NCBI RefSeq assembly: GCF_003918875.1
Contig: NW_025765514.1
Coordinates: forward strand, 1,488,001-1,552,000
Origin: Haliotis rubra
Taxonomy: Eukaryota
Length of the DNA stretch: 64,000 nt
Direction: 5' to 3'
Shown here: in pieces, positions 27,930 through 40,796 of the stretch
Numbering within the stretch: position 1 is the stretch's first letter
Layout of the letters: each line of letters opens with the position of its first letter
Program-made: the position numbers and the translations under genes
The notes under the pieces: generated by a model
Databases searched by the model: none
What the model was told of the DNA's origin: nothing
Seen by the model: only the letters and a program-made list of their open reading frames with translations

Positions 27930-28404
27930 AGTTCACTGAGTAATGGCGTATTGGGTTTCAATTTCCATAGTTGCTGTCACGTATGCTGGGTATGTGGGTT
28001 TTTTTACTTTGAAAAGACTATTTATGCCGGCATCAAGTAGTTTTTTATTTCATTGATCCCAGGTAAGGGGGTCGTGAAGAGTATCAATTTAAAACAAATA
28101 AATTGGCGAAGATGTATTTTGTTTGTGACTAATCTGAAAGGACAAGTCATTATGACCAACCGTATAAGCTTTAATTACGTAATGAGACAGTGTTTAGACT
28201 TGCAGAGACAAAGATGACGTGTGAAGTCTAAAGTGGGTCAGCAAAATTGATGTAATCTATTTGACATTCGTCTGTAACCCGACTTGTTGGGTATTACACA
28301 GACTTGCACAAGTCTCTAAGGTAATAATTAATAGTTTAAATGATAATTTCTAAGAAATATAAATATCACTGTCCGATTATCCAGACTGGTCCCTCCAAAG
28401 GACA

Positions 28405-28617
28405 GTGAGTGAGTTTTACGCCGCACTCAGCATTTTTCCAGCTATAAGCAGCGGTCTGTAAATAATTGAGTCTTGACCAGACAATCCAGTGATCAACATT
28501 ATGAGCATCGATCTACGCATTTGGGATACGATGTGTCAACCACCCGTTCCCGTTAGTCGCCTCTTTCGACAAGCATGGGTTACTGAAGATCAATTCTAAC
28601 ACGGATCTTCACGGGTC
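28405..28617 (-). mobile_element. SINE-like family C (non-tRNA head)
   Basis: Reverse complement of GACCCGTGAAGATCC...GCTTGTCGAAAGAGGCGACTAACGGG...GCGGCGTAAAAC. Confidence 0.88.
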
Positions 28618-28909
28618 TTTAAAGGATAGAATTACTATACATTAGCGGACTTAGCTTTCACTCCAGCCTTGGAGCAAGTCTATGTATTCCAATACCACAG
28701 TCGGTAGATCGGGGAGGTATTGCCAAACGGTATAGGGTTGGGTAGACTAGTGACGTACCTCCAAAGATACAGTAGTGATAGATCAGTATAGATCCGTAAG
28801 GGTATGCTTGTTGTAGATACGGGTACCCAAGCGGGTGGATGAGGGAGGTATCCACAAGTTGTAGAGCAGGGAATAAACCCAGAGGGTACCGGTTGGTCAG
28901 TGAACTATC

Positions 28910-29404
28910 TAGACTAACATTAGTCTCTGAAATGAACATATTTTACAGAAAAAAAAGTTCATAATACAATAAAATAAAATATGATGTTCAAGAGCCATGA
29001 GACTTTCTTCGTTTTCAGAAACTGTGGAAATCTAGACTTGCCACATAATCTAGACTTGCATTGGCTTTCTTGGATATGTTTGTTTTAGTGTCTGTATGAA
29101 CTATCCAAAAACGGTACTCTAACATCTAGTCTCTGACGGTACTCTAACATCTAGTCTCTGAAATGAACATAAATTACATTCATAACATATTCATAAAATA
29201 TTCATAAAATAATGGTAAATCTTTTTAATTGGAGGGGGTGGGTGTGTGTGTGGGGGTTGACAACTCCATGAGTATAGCGTATAACAAAAAGGACAGTGGC
29301 GACGCTCCCTTTTCTGAAGCTGGTAATCTAGACTGTCCTCATATTTTCGACATGCATGGGCTGTATTGGGTATAGTTTTGTTTCAGGGTCTGTATGACCG
29401 ACCA
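28910..29404 (+). mobile_element. Two adjacent TAGACT...AGACTA elements, subfamily E
   Basis: TAGTCTCTGAAATGAACAT starts near 28921 and 29152; first copy flanked by duplicated TGAACTATC. Confidence 0.75.
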
Positions 29405-31307
29405 AGGGTACCATAATGATAGATGCCATAGTAAGTAGATATGTGAAGTATCGAAATCGTACCCTTGTGGTAGATCAGGGTACCATTTTGGGTAGATCAG
29501 TGAAATATCCCCAAAGAATACGTATTGATAGGTCAGGGTAGATCTCGAGAGGGTACTGTGTTAGGTAAATCATTGAAGCAAGCCAGTGGATATAGCCTTG
29601 AACGATTGCCGGAGGTGAGGGGGATGGATTAACCTAATTTGTAGAGCAGTGTGCGGCATGAGGTGAACTTGGTTGAAACGTTGCATGAAGTCCCTGCTTA
29701 TATTACACACTCTTAAAGAAATGTGTTGAGACACGCCCACCCATAATATGGAAATCTGACATATTCTTTAATTGTTCACAATAATTTTTCAATAAGCCTA
29801 TTTGAAGCGTCAATAAAATCCCTCTGCTTGGCAGATCGATTGCGTTCGTGCGGAATTCCAACTATGTATGGTGTATTGTCAATATTGACACGGCTAAAGT
29901 CGTCGATGACAGCGGCAACCAGGCTGTCACAGTCTGATTACTAGTCGACAGTACATCTCGCTAACAATGCATAGAGCTCGATCGGGGCACGGGTTGAACA
30001 GAGCAGCAGCCCTGATCGAATGCGTTAGATATCCGCCTTTATGCTTGGCCTTCGTTCTCGGCCTTTCACAGTGAGCGAACCTTGGCTGCGTTCCAGCTCT
30101 TCAGCGTTTCTCGGTCAACATAATATATCAGCTGATCACGTGCAGTAATTATACTCCGGTGAACAAATTAACCGTTCAGATGTTCATGTGTGCCTATATA
30201 TATAAGAGTGTTCCAGTTTCGACATCTACTGTTCGATAATAACATCGATCGGTTACCGTTTTCTTGAAAGCTACTTTTTCACTTATTGTGAAAATGCGGT
30301 GAAGGTTAGGGTCTAGACTTCTCGACTTTTGAACCTCTTGTTAAGTGTCAAAATTACACGCATAGTAGAAGTTTTTTAATGACAGAAAAGGCAGTTAAAT
30401 TGTAAGAGATATTAGGTTGGCTAGTTGCAATAACTCTAAAATAGCTGAAAAACATTTGGATTAAGACGTACAACAAGAGATCTGAGAGTTGAGATGGGTT
30501 TGCAGAGAATGCACCGAAACGGAACCGTCAAGGACTACGCTACCACTTGTAAATCGTGCTAAGGATAATGGTATCAAATGTCTGACCGCTACAATGCCCA
30601 AGAAGCTATGTCAAGGATCATGTTTATATTACATATTCATGAATTATTTCTTCTCGAAGCTCACTACATGGTGACCTGTGACATATTTAATTACACGACA
30701 TTTTTGCGCGATATGAATAAAATGCCTATCCCTACTAAAGCATTGTGTGACAAAGTCGTACTTCCGTCAGAGTCATTTGTATGTAGTGATGCTGAATGAG
30801 TTAAAACTACAGCCCCTCTCAGCTAACATTACATCACCGCGCCAGCACTCAGCTGATTCTTGCTCACGGCGGTCACAGCGCAACGCTCAGCTGTCATTGG
30901 CTGGAACGCTCCCGGCATGCTCCGCGCCGGGTATTTGTATCACGGTCTCCGCGCGTGATCACCGATACCGGTTTTGCCCGAGTGCCAGATCTACGTTTAC
31001 GTACAACTATAAATAGGACTGACAGCGATGTGGTTGTTGTACAACCCAGAATAGAGCATTGCGTGTTTAGACTCAACATGTGAATGCAGTGCACATGTCT
31101 CTTAGACAGCCGAGAGGTGAATTAATTGTACATATCCAGTTGACATTCGTCGGAAACTAGTTTCCAGTTTGACATTGATGTAATGTCCAATAAAGCATTT
31201 ATGGGAATAACAGTCTGATATTTTCTAATGAAGTAAAAGGTAGTAAGTAAACCATATATATGACATATATGTTCAAATAAAGATATTGAATTCTTTGATG
31301 TTTACGT

Positions 31308-31469
31308 GGGCGGTGGGGTAGTCTAGCGGTTAAAGCGTTCACTCGTCACGCCGAAGACCCGGGTTCGATTCCCTACATGGTACAATGTGTGAAGCTCATT
31401 TCGGGTGTCCCCCGCTATGATAATGTTGGAATATTGCTAAAAAAGGCGTAAAACCAAACTCACTCACTC
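31308..31469 (+). mobile_element. SINE family A
   Basis: Consensus match. Confidence 0.88.
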
Positions 31470-31936
31470 TATTGCTTACAGTATACTCCCTCGGGAGTTG
31501 AAGCTCACATAGATCAGTTATTCCTTGTAGTGTGTTCTAAGCGTGAATGTTAGATTACAAAGCTATATAAATATAAATACTGTTTTAATACAAACTCTCA
31601 AGTGAGACTCTAACCCTTATGGCGACAAGGTCATGTTTGATAATCTCATGTCAAAATACTCAGTACAACTTTTATATATTTCTGCTTTTGGTGGACATTT
31701 TGATAAATTATCATTTACAATCGAAAAACGTTTTCAAAGTTTACACCACAATGTCCTTACGCGTGAAGTATGGGTTAGAATTCTTACATTCTGGAGTGAG
31801 TGAGGTATACTTGGGTTTGTGAAGCACCATATATGTAAAAAATATGACGGCGGTTTACAAAGAGTGGTCAATACTGGACCAGACAAGCCAGTGTGAAAGC
31901 CAACCTTTCCGTCGGTTTTGACAATGACAATAATAA

Positions 31937-32088
31937 GAGTGAGTGAGTGAGTGAGTGAGTGAGTGAGTGAGAATGGTTTACTCCGCTTTTAGCAATATCA
32001 CGGCGGCGGACATCAACAGTGGACTTCATACAGTGTACTCAAATGAGGAATCGAACCTGGGTCTTCGCTGAGACGTACGAACGCTTTA
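31937..32088 (-). mobile_element. Diverged SINE A with an expanded (ACTC)n tail
   Basis: (GAGT)n followed by the reverse complement of the tail and B box. Confidence 0.75.
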
Positions 32089-32094
32089 AGGCAA

Positions 32095-32502
32095 TTATAA
32101 TAACAATAATAATAATAATAATAATTGACAACATTAACAACAACTCATTTCTTAAGTGCGTAAGTTAAAACTGAGTCCATGCACATGTATACATACAATC
32201 CTGAAAGTCTTGTGAAAGGCTGAGCGAGAGAGGGTAGCTTTGCAGAGAGACGTGTAAATTTTGTGTTTCTAGGTCCCCATTACTGGAGACTGCAAACTGA
32301 GAAGGCTCGGTCAGACATGACAGCAGTAAACAGAGGCTGGTAGAGTAGAGCTCCACTGTAGGATCGAAGTGCACGATCTGGAGAATACAGGGTGAAGGAC
32401 AGTCCTCATTGTGGAGGCAGTCATGGGTGATGGTATACATCTTGGAGATAATTCGAGAAGGGACGGGAAGTCTGTGCAAGATTTTGAGAGCAGGAGTGAT
32501 AT
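32095..32502 (-). mobile_element. L2/CR1-group LINE 3' fragment (decayed)
   Basis: HITPALKILHRLPVPSRIISK resembles the HITPxLxxLHWLPV C-terminal motif; (TAT)n tail. Confidence 0.7.
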
Positions 32503-32706
32503 AAGACTGACAACTAGTCTCTGAAATGAACATATTTTACTGAAAAAAGTTCATAGTAAAATAGTAAAAAAAATATTAAGATATAATGAAAAGGAGCCCT
32601 GAGACTTTCTTCATTTTCAGAGCTGTGGAAATCTATATATGCCACATTTCTAGACTTGCGTGGGCTTTCTTGGATATGTTTGCTTCGGGGTCTGTATGAC
32701 AGACTA
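32503..32706 (+). mobile_element. TAGACT...AGACTA element, subfamily E, inserted in the L2 fragment
   Basis: 9-bp TSD GAGTGATAT at 32494-32502 and 32707-32715. Confidence 0.85.
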
Positions 32707-32722
32707 GAGTGATATGTATGAT

Positions 32723-32870
32723 TTAGATATTTGAGATTTACATATTTGTCAGATTTACATATTAGTCAGATTTACATATTCAAGATTTACATATTGTCAG
32801 ATTTACATATTTGTCAGATTTACATATTTAAGATTTACATATTTGTCAGATTTACATATTTAAGATTTAC
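32723..32870. repeat. Short tandem repeat, 14-17-bp units
   Basis: AGATTTACATATTT(GTC) repeated about 9 times. Confidence 0.85.
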
Positions 32871-33092
32871 AATAATGAAGCCTGGAAGACACAAGGCGCT
32901 GCATCAACAATGTAGCTGTTGGAGTATCCAGTAGATGAAAACATGCTGTTACTTATGATGGAGATACGAGTATCAATAGCCAATGCTGAATTATAAGTGA
33001 CTCCAAGATTAGAAGTACTGGCCAAACAAAATGTAGTATTCCAGACCGAAGACAAATGGACTCAAAGAAGTGGAATCACTCACCCATATAAT

Positions 33093-33397
33093 GAGTGAGT
33101 GAGTATGGTTTTATGCTGTTTTTGCAATATTCCAGCAAGATCACGGAAGGGGACACCACAATTGGGCTTCACACATTGTAGCCATGTGGGGAACATTCAG
33201 TGAGTGAGTGAGTGAGGTTTTACGTCGCCTTTAGCAAAATTCCAGCAATATCACGGCAGGGGACACCAGAAATGGGCTTCACACATTGTACCCATGTGGG
33301 GAACATTTAGTGAGTGAGTGAGTTAGTCAGTTCAGTTTTACGCCGCTTTTAGCAATATTCCAGCAACGTGACGGCGGGGTACACCTGAAATGGGCAG
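33093..33397 (-). mobile_element. Three tandem 3' halves of SINE A
   Basis: Repeated GAGTGAGT...TTTTACGCCGCTTTTAGCAATATTCCAGC...GGGCTTCACACATTGTA. Confidence 0.85.
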
Positions 33398-33436
33398 TGA
33401 GTGCGCTTGATATGCAAACACAACCGGGTTGATCAT

Positions 33437-33650
33437 GAGTAACCCATGCTTGTCGTGAGAGGCGACTAATGGGATCGGGTGGTCAGGCTCGCTGACTTGG
33501 TTGACAAATGTCATCGTATCCCAATTGCGTTGATCGATGCTCATACTGTTGATCACTTGATTGTCTGGTCCAGACTCGATTATTTACAGACCGCTGCCAT
33601 CTAGCTGGAATATTGCTGAGTGCGGCGTAAAACTAAAGTCAGTCACACCC
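33437..33650 (+). mobile_element. SINE-like family C, 5'-truncated
   Basis: GTAACCCATGCTTGTCGTGAGAGGCGACTAA...GCGGCGTAAAAC. Confidence 0.88.
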
Positions 33651-33997
33651 ACTGATTTGCAAATACCAGGGCGCTGGAGATGCAGATTTAGGTGGTGAAT
33701 GCGCCCATCCTCCAACCCCAAGCCCCACCGCATCTTCAGGCATACAAAATGAAACTGACATGAAAAATCACCAAACAATCATATGGGAAGATGTTATATA
33801 CTTTTTAACTTTTTGTTTTTGTACACTAAACAACATAAATTAACCACTTTTGTGCTTATAATGACAAATTGTAAATTATAACAATTAAGCACTAGCATTC
33901 TTATACTTTAAATGCACTTACTTTAAGAATGCCCATGTCATGATCTAGATTTCTTATCAATCAGATGTTCTTTAATTTGTTTCACGTAATATAAATA

Positions 33998-36900
33998 GGT
34001 GGCGCTGCTCTGCTGGCAACAGGTGTCAACAGAGCTCCTATTGTTTTTTGTATTTACACATGTGAATCAGTGCTGAAGGCCATTATTTTTGTGTTTGGCA
34101 ACCCAGCAAATATGGACGGATTCCACCGGTGTGTCATCTTGGCCATGACGTTGAATATGTTAATCCGTTACGAGTCGTCGAATTGGAGGCCGTTATTGAA
34201 CTCAATAACGGCGAACCAAGATGGACGTCATCGGCTCCAGTATGGGCGTGATGAGCTGCTGGCACTGCAAGGACATCTGCTATAGTCTTACCCCCTGAAT
34301 GTAATTCTAGTTTCAAATCTGAAAAGAAACGCTCCAGGAAAAGAGGTAAGCGAGGAGGAGTCCGCCGGCGGGTCCGGGCGCGGAAATCAAGACATCCTCC
34401 ACCGACCTTACTCCTCTCTAACGTTCGATCACTGAGGAACAAATTTGATGAACTTTACCCCAGCACGAGATATCTGTTTGAATATAGAAACAGTTGTGTG
34501 TTGTGTCTCACGGAAACTTGACAGTCAGCAGTGAATCTCTTCGTCTTGAAGGATTCGATTCCCCCATCCGTTTGGATAAAAGTGTGCAGGATACAGGGAA
34601 GACAATTGGATGGAGAGTATGCATGTACATTAACGAGAAGTGGTGTAAGAACGTTGTTGTTAGAGACAAACTGTGTTCAGTTAACATCGAACTGTCATCT
34701 GTGTCAATGCGACCAATATATTAGCCACGTGAATTTGGTCAAGTATTTGTTGTGCTTGTTTATATCCCCCAAGTGCGGACAATAAGAAAGCTGCGGATGT
34801 TATCCACGAGCATGTCCAAAATCTTGACTCAATTTCCCCAGATGCGCCGAAATTTGTGCTCGGCGATTTCAATGGATGTACTTTGAAATCAGTTCTACCC
34901 AATTACGAACAATATGTCAAATGTGAAACAAGGAAAGAAAGAACAATTGATTTGTGCTATGGAAATATACGGAAAGCCTACAAATCATACAAGAAGCCTC
35001 CTATTGGACTATCAGATCACAATAGTGTATTTCTCCTACCAACGTATAGACAGAAGAGACTGAAGTTAAAACAGTGAAATCATGGACTAGTGACTCTATA
35101 GAAAATCTTAAAGGCTGTTTTGATTGCACCGACTGGACTGTATTTTACGTTGACAATAACAACCCTGATAATCTAAATGATGTCATCACAAGTTATATCA
35201 ACTTGTGTGAAGACAATGTGGTACCTACAAAAAATATCAAAATATTCCCAAACAATAAACCCTGGGTCACTAAAGACTTCAAATCCTTGCTTAATGACAA
35301 AAAGCGAGCCTTCATGAAAAATGATATTATTCAACTTAGGCTAACACAGAAAGAAATCAATTTGAAGACACGCCAATGTAAAGCCGAGTACAAAGGACAG
35401 GTGGAACGCCAGTTCCAGCAGTGCAATCTGAAACAAGCGTGGCAGGGGATCAAGACAATGATTGGCGATACAAAGCAACGTGAGGACATTCATACAACAG
35501 ACAACGAAGTCTTTGCAGAAGAATTGAATTCATTTTATTGTCGTTTTGACTGTCATGATTTCAGTCAAGAGAGAGAGGACATATACGATAACATCGAACA
35601 TTCGGACACTTCCGTAACCATCACCATGACGTCCTACAGAGCTTCGCACGTATCAACATCAGAAAGGCTTCGGGACCAGACAAACCGGATGGTATGGTAC
35701 TCAAGGAGTGTAGACTACATCTGGCTTCAGCATTCACACGCCTATACCAACATTCATTGGACAATCACTCCATTCCAAATGTTTGGAAAACGTCAGAGAT
35801 CATACCCATTCCAAAGAAGTGCAAGCCACAAGAACTAAATGATTATCGGCCAGTCGCATTAACCTCCATTGCTAAGAAGTGTCTCGAGCGCATCGTTTTG
35901 TAGTTTCTGAAGACAGAAGTAAACCATCTACTAGACCCTCTACAGTTTGCATACAGATCCAAGCGCGGAGTTGTTGACGCCACACTGTCTCTTTGTCAAC
36001 AACGTATACAATTATCTCGAGACCCCCAAATCCTACGTTAGATTACTATTCGTTGATTTCTCTTCTGCCTTCAACACGATCCAACCGCACATCATGGTAA
36101 GAAAGCTGCAAACTATAGGAGTGAATTCACAACTGATTAGATGGATCTGAGATTTCCTCCATGCAAGATTTCAGTGTGTGAAGTTAACGACAGTGTATCG
36201 GCCATGAAGGTTACCAATACAGGAGTGCCGCAGGGTTGTGTTATGTCACCAGTACTGTTCACTCTATACACCAATGACTGCACTAGCGTAGAAAATAACT
36301 GTATAAATGTGAAGTTTGCTGATGATGCAGCCATTGTTGGTCCGATGTATGATTACGAATCAGAGCGACGATACATAGATAATGTACATAATTTCACATC
36401 ATGGTGTACAGAGAATCATTTGATTTTAAATGTGAAAAAGACAAAAGAACTGTGTATTGATTTCAGAACGAACTCCTCAACAGTACCACCTTTGTTCATT
36501 AATGATGAACCAATTGAGACAGTCACTGGATACAAGTACCTTGGAACCTTTATTGATAGCAGGTTAACGTGGAATACCAACACAGATGCCCTGTATAGTA
36601 AATGCCAACAACGCCTCCATCTAATGCGCAAACTGCGATGTTTTAATGTTTCCCAATCTGTTATGATGTTGTTTTATACAACTTTTATGCACAGAATACT
36701 CACTTTTTCTTCTCAGTGCTGGTTCGAATCTCTTTCAGTCAAAAACAAATAAAAACTTAACAAAATTGTAAATACAGCTAGTAAAATAGCCGGGGTCACT
36801 TTCGATAATCTTTCACTTCTCTATGAGCGGCAAGTACTCTCAACGTCTGAAGAAATCATTAATGACCCAACACATTTTTTAAATCAAGAGTATAAGCTTT

Positions 36901-37143
36901 CACCATCTGGTCGCCGCTACACAGTACCAATCACCGAGACTAAAAGAGCTCGAACGTCTTTTGTACCTAAAAGTATTGCAGTTTTAAACAAATGTTGATT
37001 GTCCAGTTATCATCTTATTCATTTAAATATTTTTAAGCACATATTTATCTCTTTTTATGTTTTTAGTAATTTCATATTTTATGTTGTTATTCTCAAGCTC
37101 TGTGATCCAAAACGAATTCCTTTTAAGGTAATAAAGTATTGTC
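33998..37143 (+). mobile_element. Near-full-length Rex1/Babar-clade LINE (APE endonuclease + reverse transcriptase), inactivated
   Basis: Motifs RKRGKRGG, LLSNVRSLRNK, LGDFN, IDLCY, SDH, YRPVALTS, LFVDFSSAFNTI, GVPQG, KFADD, YKYLG, PSGRRY spread over frameshifted and stopped frames; AATAAA 3' end; possible TSD TAAATA. Confidence 0.9.
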
Positions 37144-37205
37144 TAAATAACACCCACTAGTGAAGATCTGTCCTTAACACAGTTCTGCAGACCACACTTG
37201 CCGTC

Positions 37206-38584
37206 GGTTGAGTCCCATTTCGCCTACATCCCATTTCGCCTACAGTAAAGATGTAGGCGAATAGGGAATACAATATGCACCCCTATTGAGAGAATGGACT
37301 TGACTTAGTGGAATTAAGGAATGTCAGTTCACAATGTATGAGTAAAAAGAGAAGTATACCATGTTGTCTTTAAATGGAGTCAACTTATAACCAGTGTTTA
37401 TATAAGCAATTGGCTTAAGGATTACGGCTATGAAGATCAAAAGTAGCAGTGACATACTTACACCAGTTTGTGATTATAAACAAATATTAATCCTTTTGTT
37501 GCACATGAGTAAAAGGGATTGTGTACATAGTTTTAATTAGCTATTCAATATAAAATTAAAAGATCAAAGTTAAAACTAATTACTTTGTTTAAAATTGAGA
37601 TAGGGTGATCTCATACTGATGTATAAAATGGGAAAGTCAAAAGGCCAGAAAGTCATCGAAAATGGCTAATCTTCAGCAAGCAGAGTTTGTCAGGTCACCG
37701 AGGGGAGCAAGACAAGTGTTACAAGCAGGTCACTTGACTAACAACGAGTCTCTGAAATGAACATATTTTACTGAAAAAATAGTTCATAGTAAAAAAAAAA
37801 TATATAATGAAACGGAGCCCTGAGACTTTCTTCATTTTCAGAAGCTGTGGAAATCTAGACTTGCCACATTTTCTAGACTTGCGTGGGCTTTCTTGGATAT
37901 ATTTACTTCAGGGTCTGTACGACAGACTAGCAGGTCACATATACCGCCTGGATGTGGAGCGTCAGCTAGCTACACACTGGAAGTGTGTGATCCAGGGATG
38001 TAAAGGAAGATGCAGCACCATAATGGTCTGAAAAAAACATGTGGGAAAGCACCATCCGAACATTTATGAATTCATAACAGCTATCAAGAACATTGAATCC
38101 ACCAACAAGATCACTCGCCTTCAGATTGACCATGGTGCAACAACTCGGCCATGCTCACGAGCTTACAGAGATCTTGACCAGCGTCTCAACCGACTGAGAC
38201 AACAACTTGAAAGTGGAAGAAGATCACCTATTCAGCTCCAGGACGCAGCAGATCACTTATTGAAGCTTCAATAAACTCAGACATCCATGAACTCAAGTAC
38301 AGTGTACTAGTTAACAGCCAGTGTTATTTTGATTATTGTATTATATTGTACTATGATTTGCTGTGAATAAAAAATATGAAAGAAGAACAATTTTTTATTT
38401 TAATGCAAAAAGCCATGTTGTCTACATGTGCTACTAATCAAATTAAAGGAAAACTAAGGGGGATTCCATTTATATCTGAAGGGGGTAAACTTATTACTCA
38501 TGCATGAAATAACAGTCACCAGACCATGAATTGTTGTTTTAAGACTGTAGGCGAAATGGGATGTAGGCGAAATGGGAACATCAC
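37206..38584 (+). mobile_element. Internally deleted Mutator-like (MULE) DNA transposon
   Basis: TIRs TCCCATTTCGCCTACATCCCATTTCGCCTACAGT / ACTGTAGGCGAAATGGGATGTAGGCGAAATGGGA; FLYWCH-like N-terminus from ATG 37662; HPNIYEFI C-terminal block at 38041-38274; no catalytic core; ends approximate. Confidence 0.8.
37734..37929 (+). mobile_element. TAGACT...AGACTA element, subfamily E, inserted in the MULE ORF
   Basis: 9-bp TSD GCAGGTCAC at 37725-37733 and 37930-37938. Confidence 0.88.
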
Positions 38585-39099
38585 AGCCGTTACATGTTTG
38601 TCACAGCCTCGAGTACTTGTGTAATGCGCAAGGCCACGTAAGAACTGCTGTGTCAGCGAAAGGTGAAAGCGCTTTAAGCAATAGCTTCTTACATACTTTA
38701 CGATTCACATTGTATTTTTTCCTTGCATGACAGGTGCCTTTTCGCCGACAGTCCTCAGGTCAGCGAGTGTGAACAAACAATGTTGTAAGTAAGGGTATGT
38801 ACTACGTAGATAAACTATTTAAGACTCCGAATAACATGAGAGGCTTGGACACAAGCCAGATGCGCAACTAAATCTGTGTAAGCGGTATACATGTATAGGT
38901 TTGGAGCAAGTCGGGTGACCTCTTCTTGCAATCGGGTGTTGCAATGTGTATTTTTGTTCAAGAGCACGATGACTGATAATGTTCATGTAACAATGTTTAC
39001 ATCTATCATGTTTATATTTAAACCTCTGTCATCTCTGGCCAATCTGAACTAACCCGTGTTGGTTGTGGCCCGAGACTTCAGACCGTAACATATATAGAG

Positions 39100-39531
39100 G
39101 ACCCGTGAAGATACGGGTTAGAATCACAGGCCCTCGTGTCTTTGCGAAGATTAAAGATTTGACTAAAAATATAAAATTTGAGATGACCCCCGACTCGAAA
39201 TGCATCATGATGTATTGTACTGTGAAGAATTTCGAGTCGGGGGTCATCTCAAGAACAATAGTTTTTAAATCATTAATCCTCGCAAAGACACGAGGGCCTC
39301 TTATTAGAATTGTTCTTCAGCAACCCCTGCTTGCCATCAGAGGCGACTAACGGGATCGGTGGCCAGGCTCACTAATTAATGTGGTTGACACATGTCATCG
39401 TATCCAAACTGCGTAGATCGATGCTCATGCTGTTGATCACTGGAATGTCTGGTCCAGACTCGACTATCTACTGACTGCCGCCATACAGCTGGAATGTTGC
39501 TGAGTGCGGCATTAAACAACAAACAAACAAA
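39100..39531 (+). mobile_element. SINE-like family C with (AAAC)n tail, interrupted by a MITE
   Basis: Head GACCCGTGAAGATACGGGTTAGAAT resumes at 39304. Confidence 0.85.
39125..39303. mobile_element. Foldback MITE
   Basis: Outer IR AGGCCCTCGTGTCTTTGCGA, inner IR TTGAGATGACCCCCGACTCGAAAT; TTAGAAT duplicated at 39118-39124 and 39304-39310. Confidence 0.85.
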
Positions 39532-39908
39532 CAGTATATACATTGCCTGGAACAGATTTGTCATCATAAACTGGCCTTCGTAGGAGATATCGTTGCAATG
39601 ACATTGCATCACGATGTTTTACAGACCACTGTGATGTCACCAGTTACTATGACGTCACGATGTAATGACTTCAATAATATTTCTGCCACTTCTGTCTGGT
39701 TAGCAATACACTTTTACAGCCTGTTATCGATTACAAACTGCGTCGGAAACTCTTAGACATTGTGACATAACACCCGCGATATTCTCTGTATATCATGTTT
39801 TTGTCGATGGCAACGCATACTCTGTATATCATGTTCTCGCTATATTACATTGTCAAAAAGTGGATGAATGTCGTAAATCCCAATATATAATCAAGTCCAG
39901 ACATAAAG

Positions 39909-40512
39909 GTGGTTGATAACATGAGACGCATTTTGCCACCCAATTCTCTCTTTATGACCACCCAATTCACTAATCGTCCCTTCCCAAACGTGGGGAACTG
40001 TGCCCTACCCTACAGAGAGTTTGTGCAAAGGTAGATATCACATATATTGTGGTTGATAACATGAGACGAATTCACAGAGTTTTGCCACTCAGTTCTCTCT
40101 TTATGACCATCCAATCCACTAATCGTCCCTTCTCAAACATGGGGAACTGGGCCCTACCCTACAGAGAGTTGGTACAAAGGTAGATATTATATATATTGTG
40201 GTTGATAACATGAGACGAATTCACAGAGTTTTGCCACTCAGTTCTCTCTTTATGACCATCCAATCCACTAATCGTCCCTTCTCAAACATGGGGAACTGGG
40301 CCCTACCCTACATAGAGTTTGTGCAAAGGTAGATATCACATATATTGTGGTTGATAACATGAGACGAATCCACAGAGTTGTCTTGTCGCACGTTTGGCCA
40401 CCCAATTCTCTCTCTATAACCATTCAATCCACTAATCGTCCCTTCCCAAACACGGGGAACTGGGCCCTATTCTACAGAGAGTTAGTGCAAAGGTAGATAT
40501 TACATATATTGT
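39909..40512. repeat. About 149-bp tandem repeat, 4 copies
   Basis: GGTTGATAACATGAGACG at 39911, 40051, 40200 and 40349. Confidence 0.92.
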
Positions 40513-40796
40513 TTACCGTACATGTATCTATTCTTGTCGACTAAGGGATAAAATCACATAAACGTTGTATTCATTATCAGCCCTATCTGACAGTGTTAAA
40601 ACGTGTGAAGCTAACACAAGCTGGCGATAGGATATCATATGCAGGTCACGTGACCAGGGAAATGGATCGTTGGGTTTATTTACAGTTACTGTCGCCTGGA
40701 TCAATACAAAGTCAACCACAGGATAGGTACGCTGTTTGCTTTCCAGTGTGCGAGGCCATTCTTTGATTGCCGCCCAACAAATAATTCTATGACCGC

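Noticed and set aside
33998-37143. Active LINE or domesticated RT gene
   Set aside because: Multiple frameshifts and in-frame stops in both the endonuclease and RT regions
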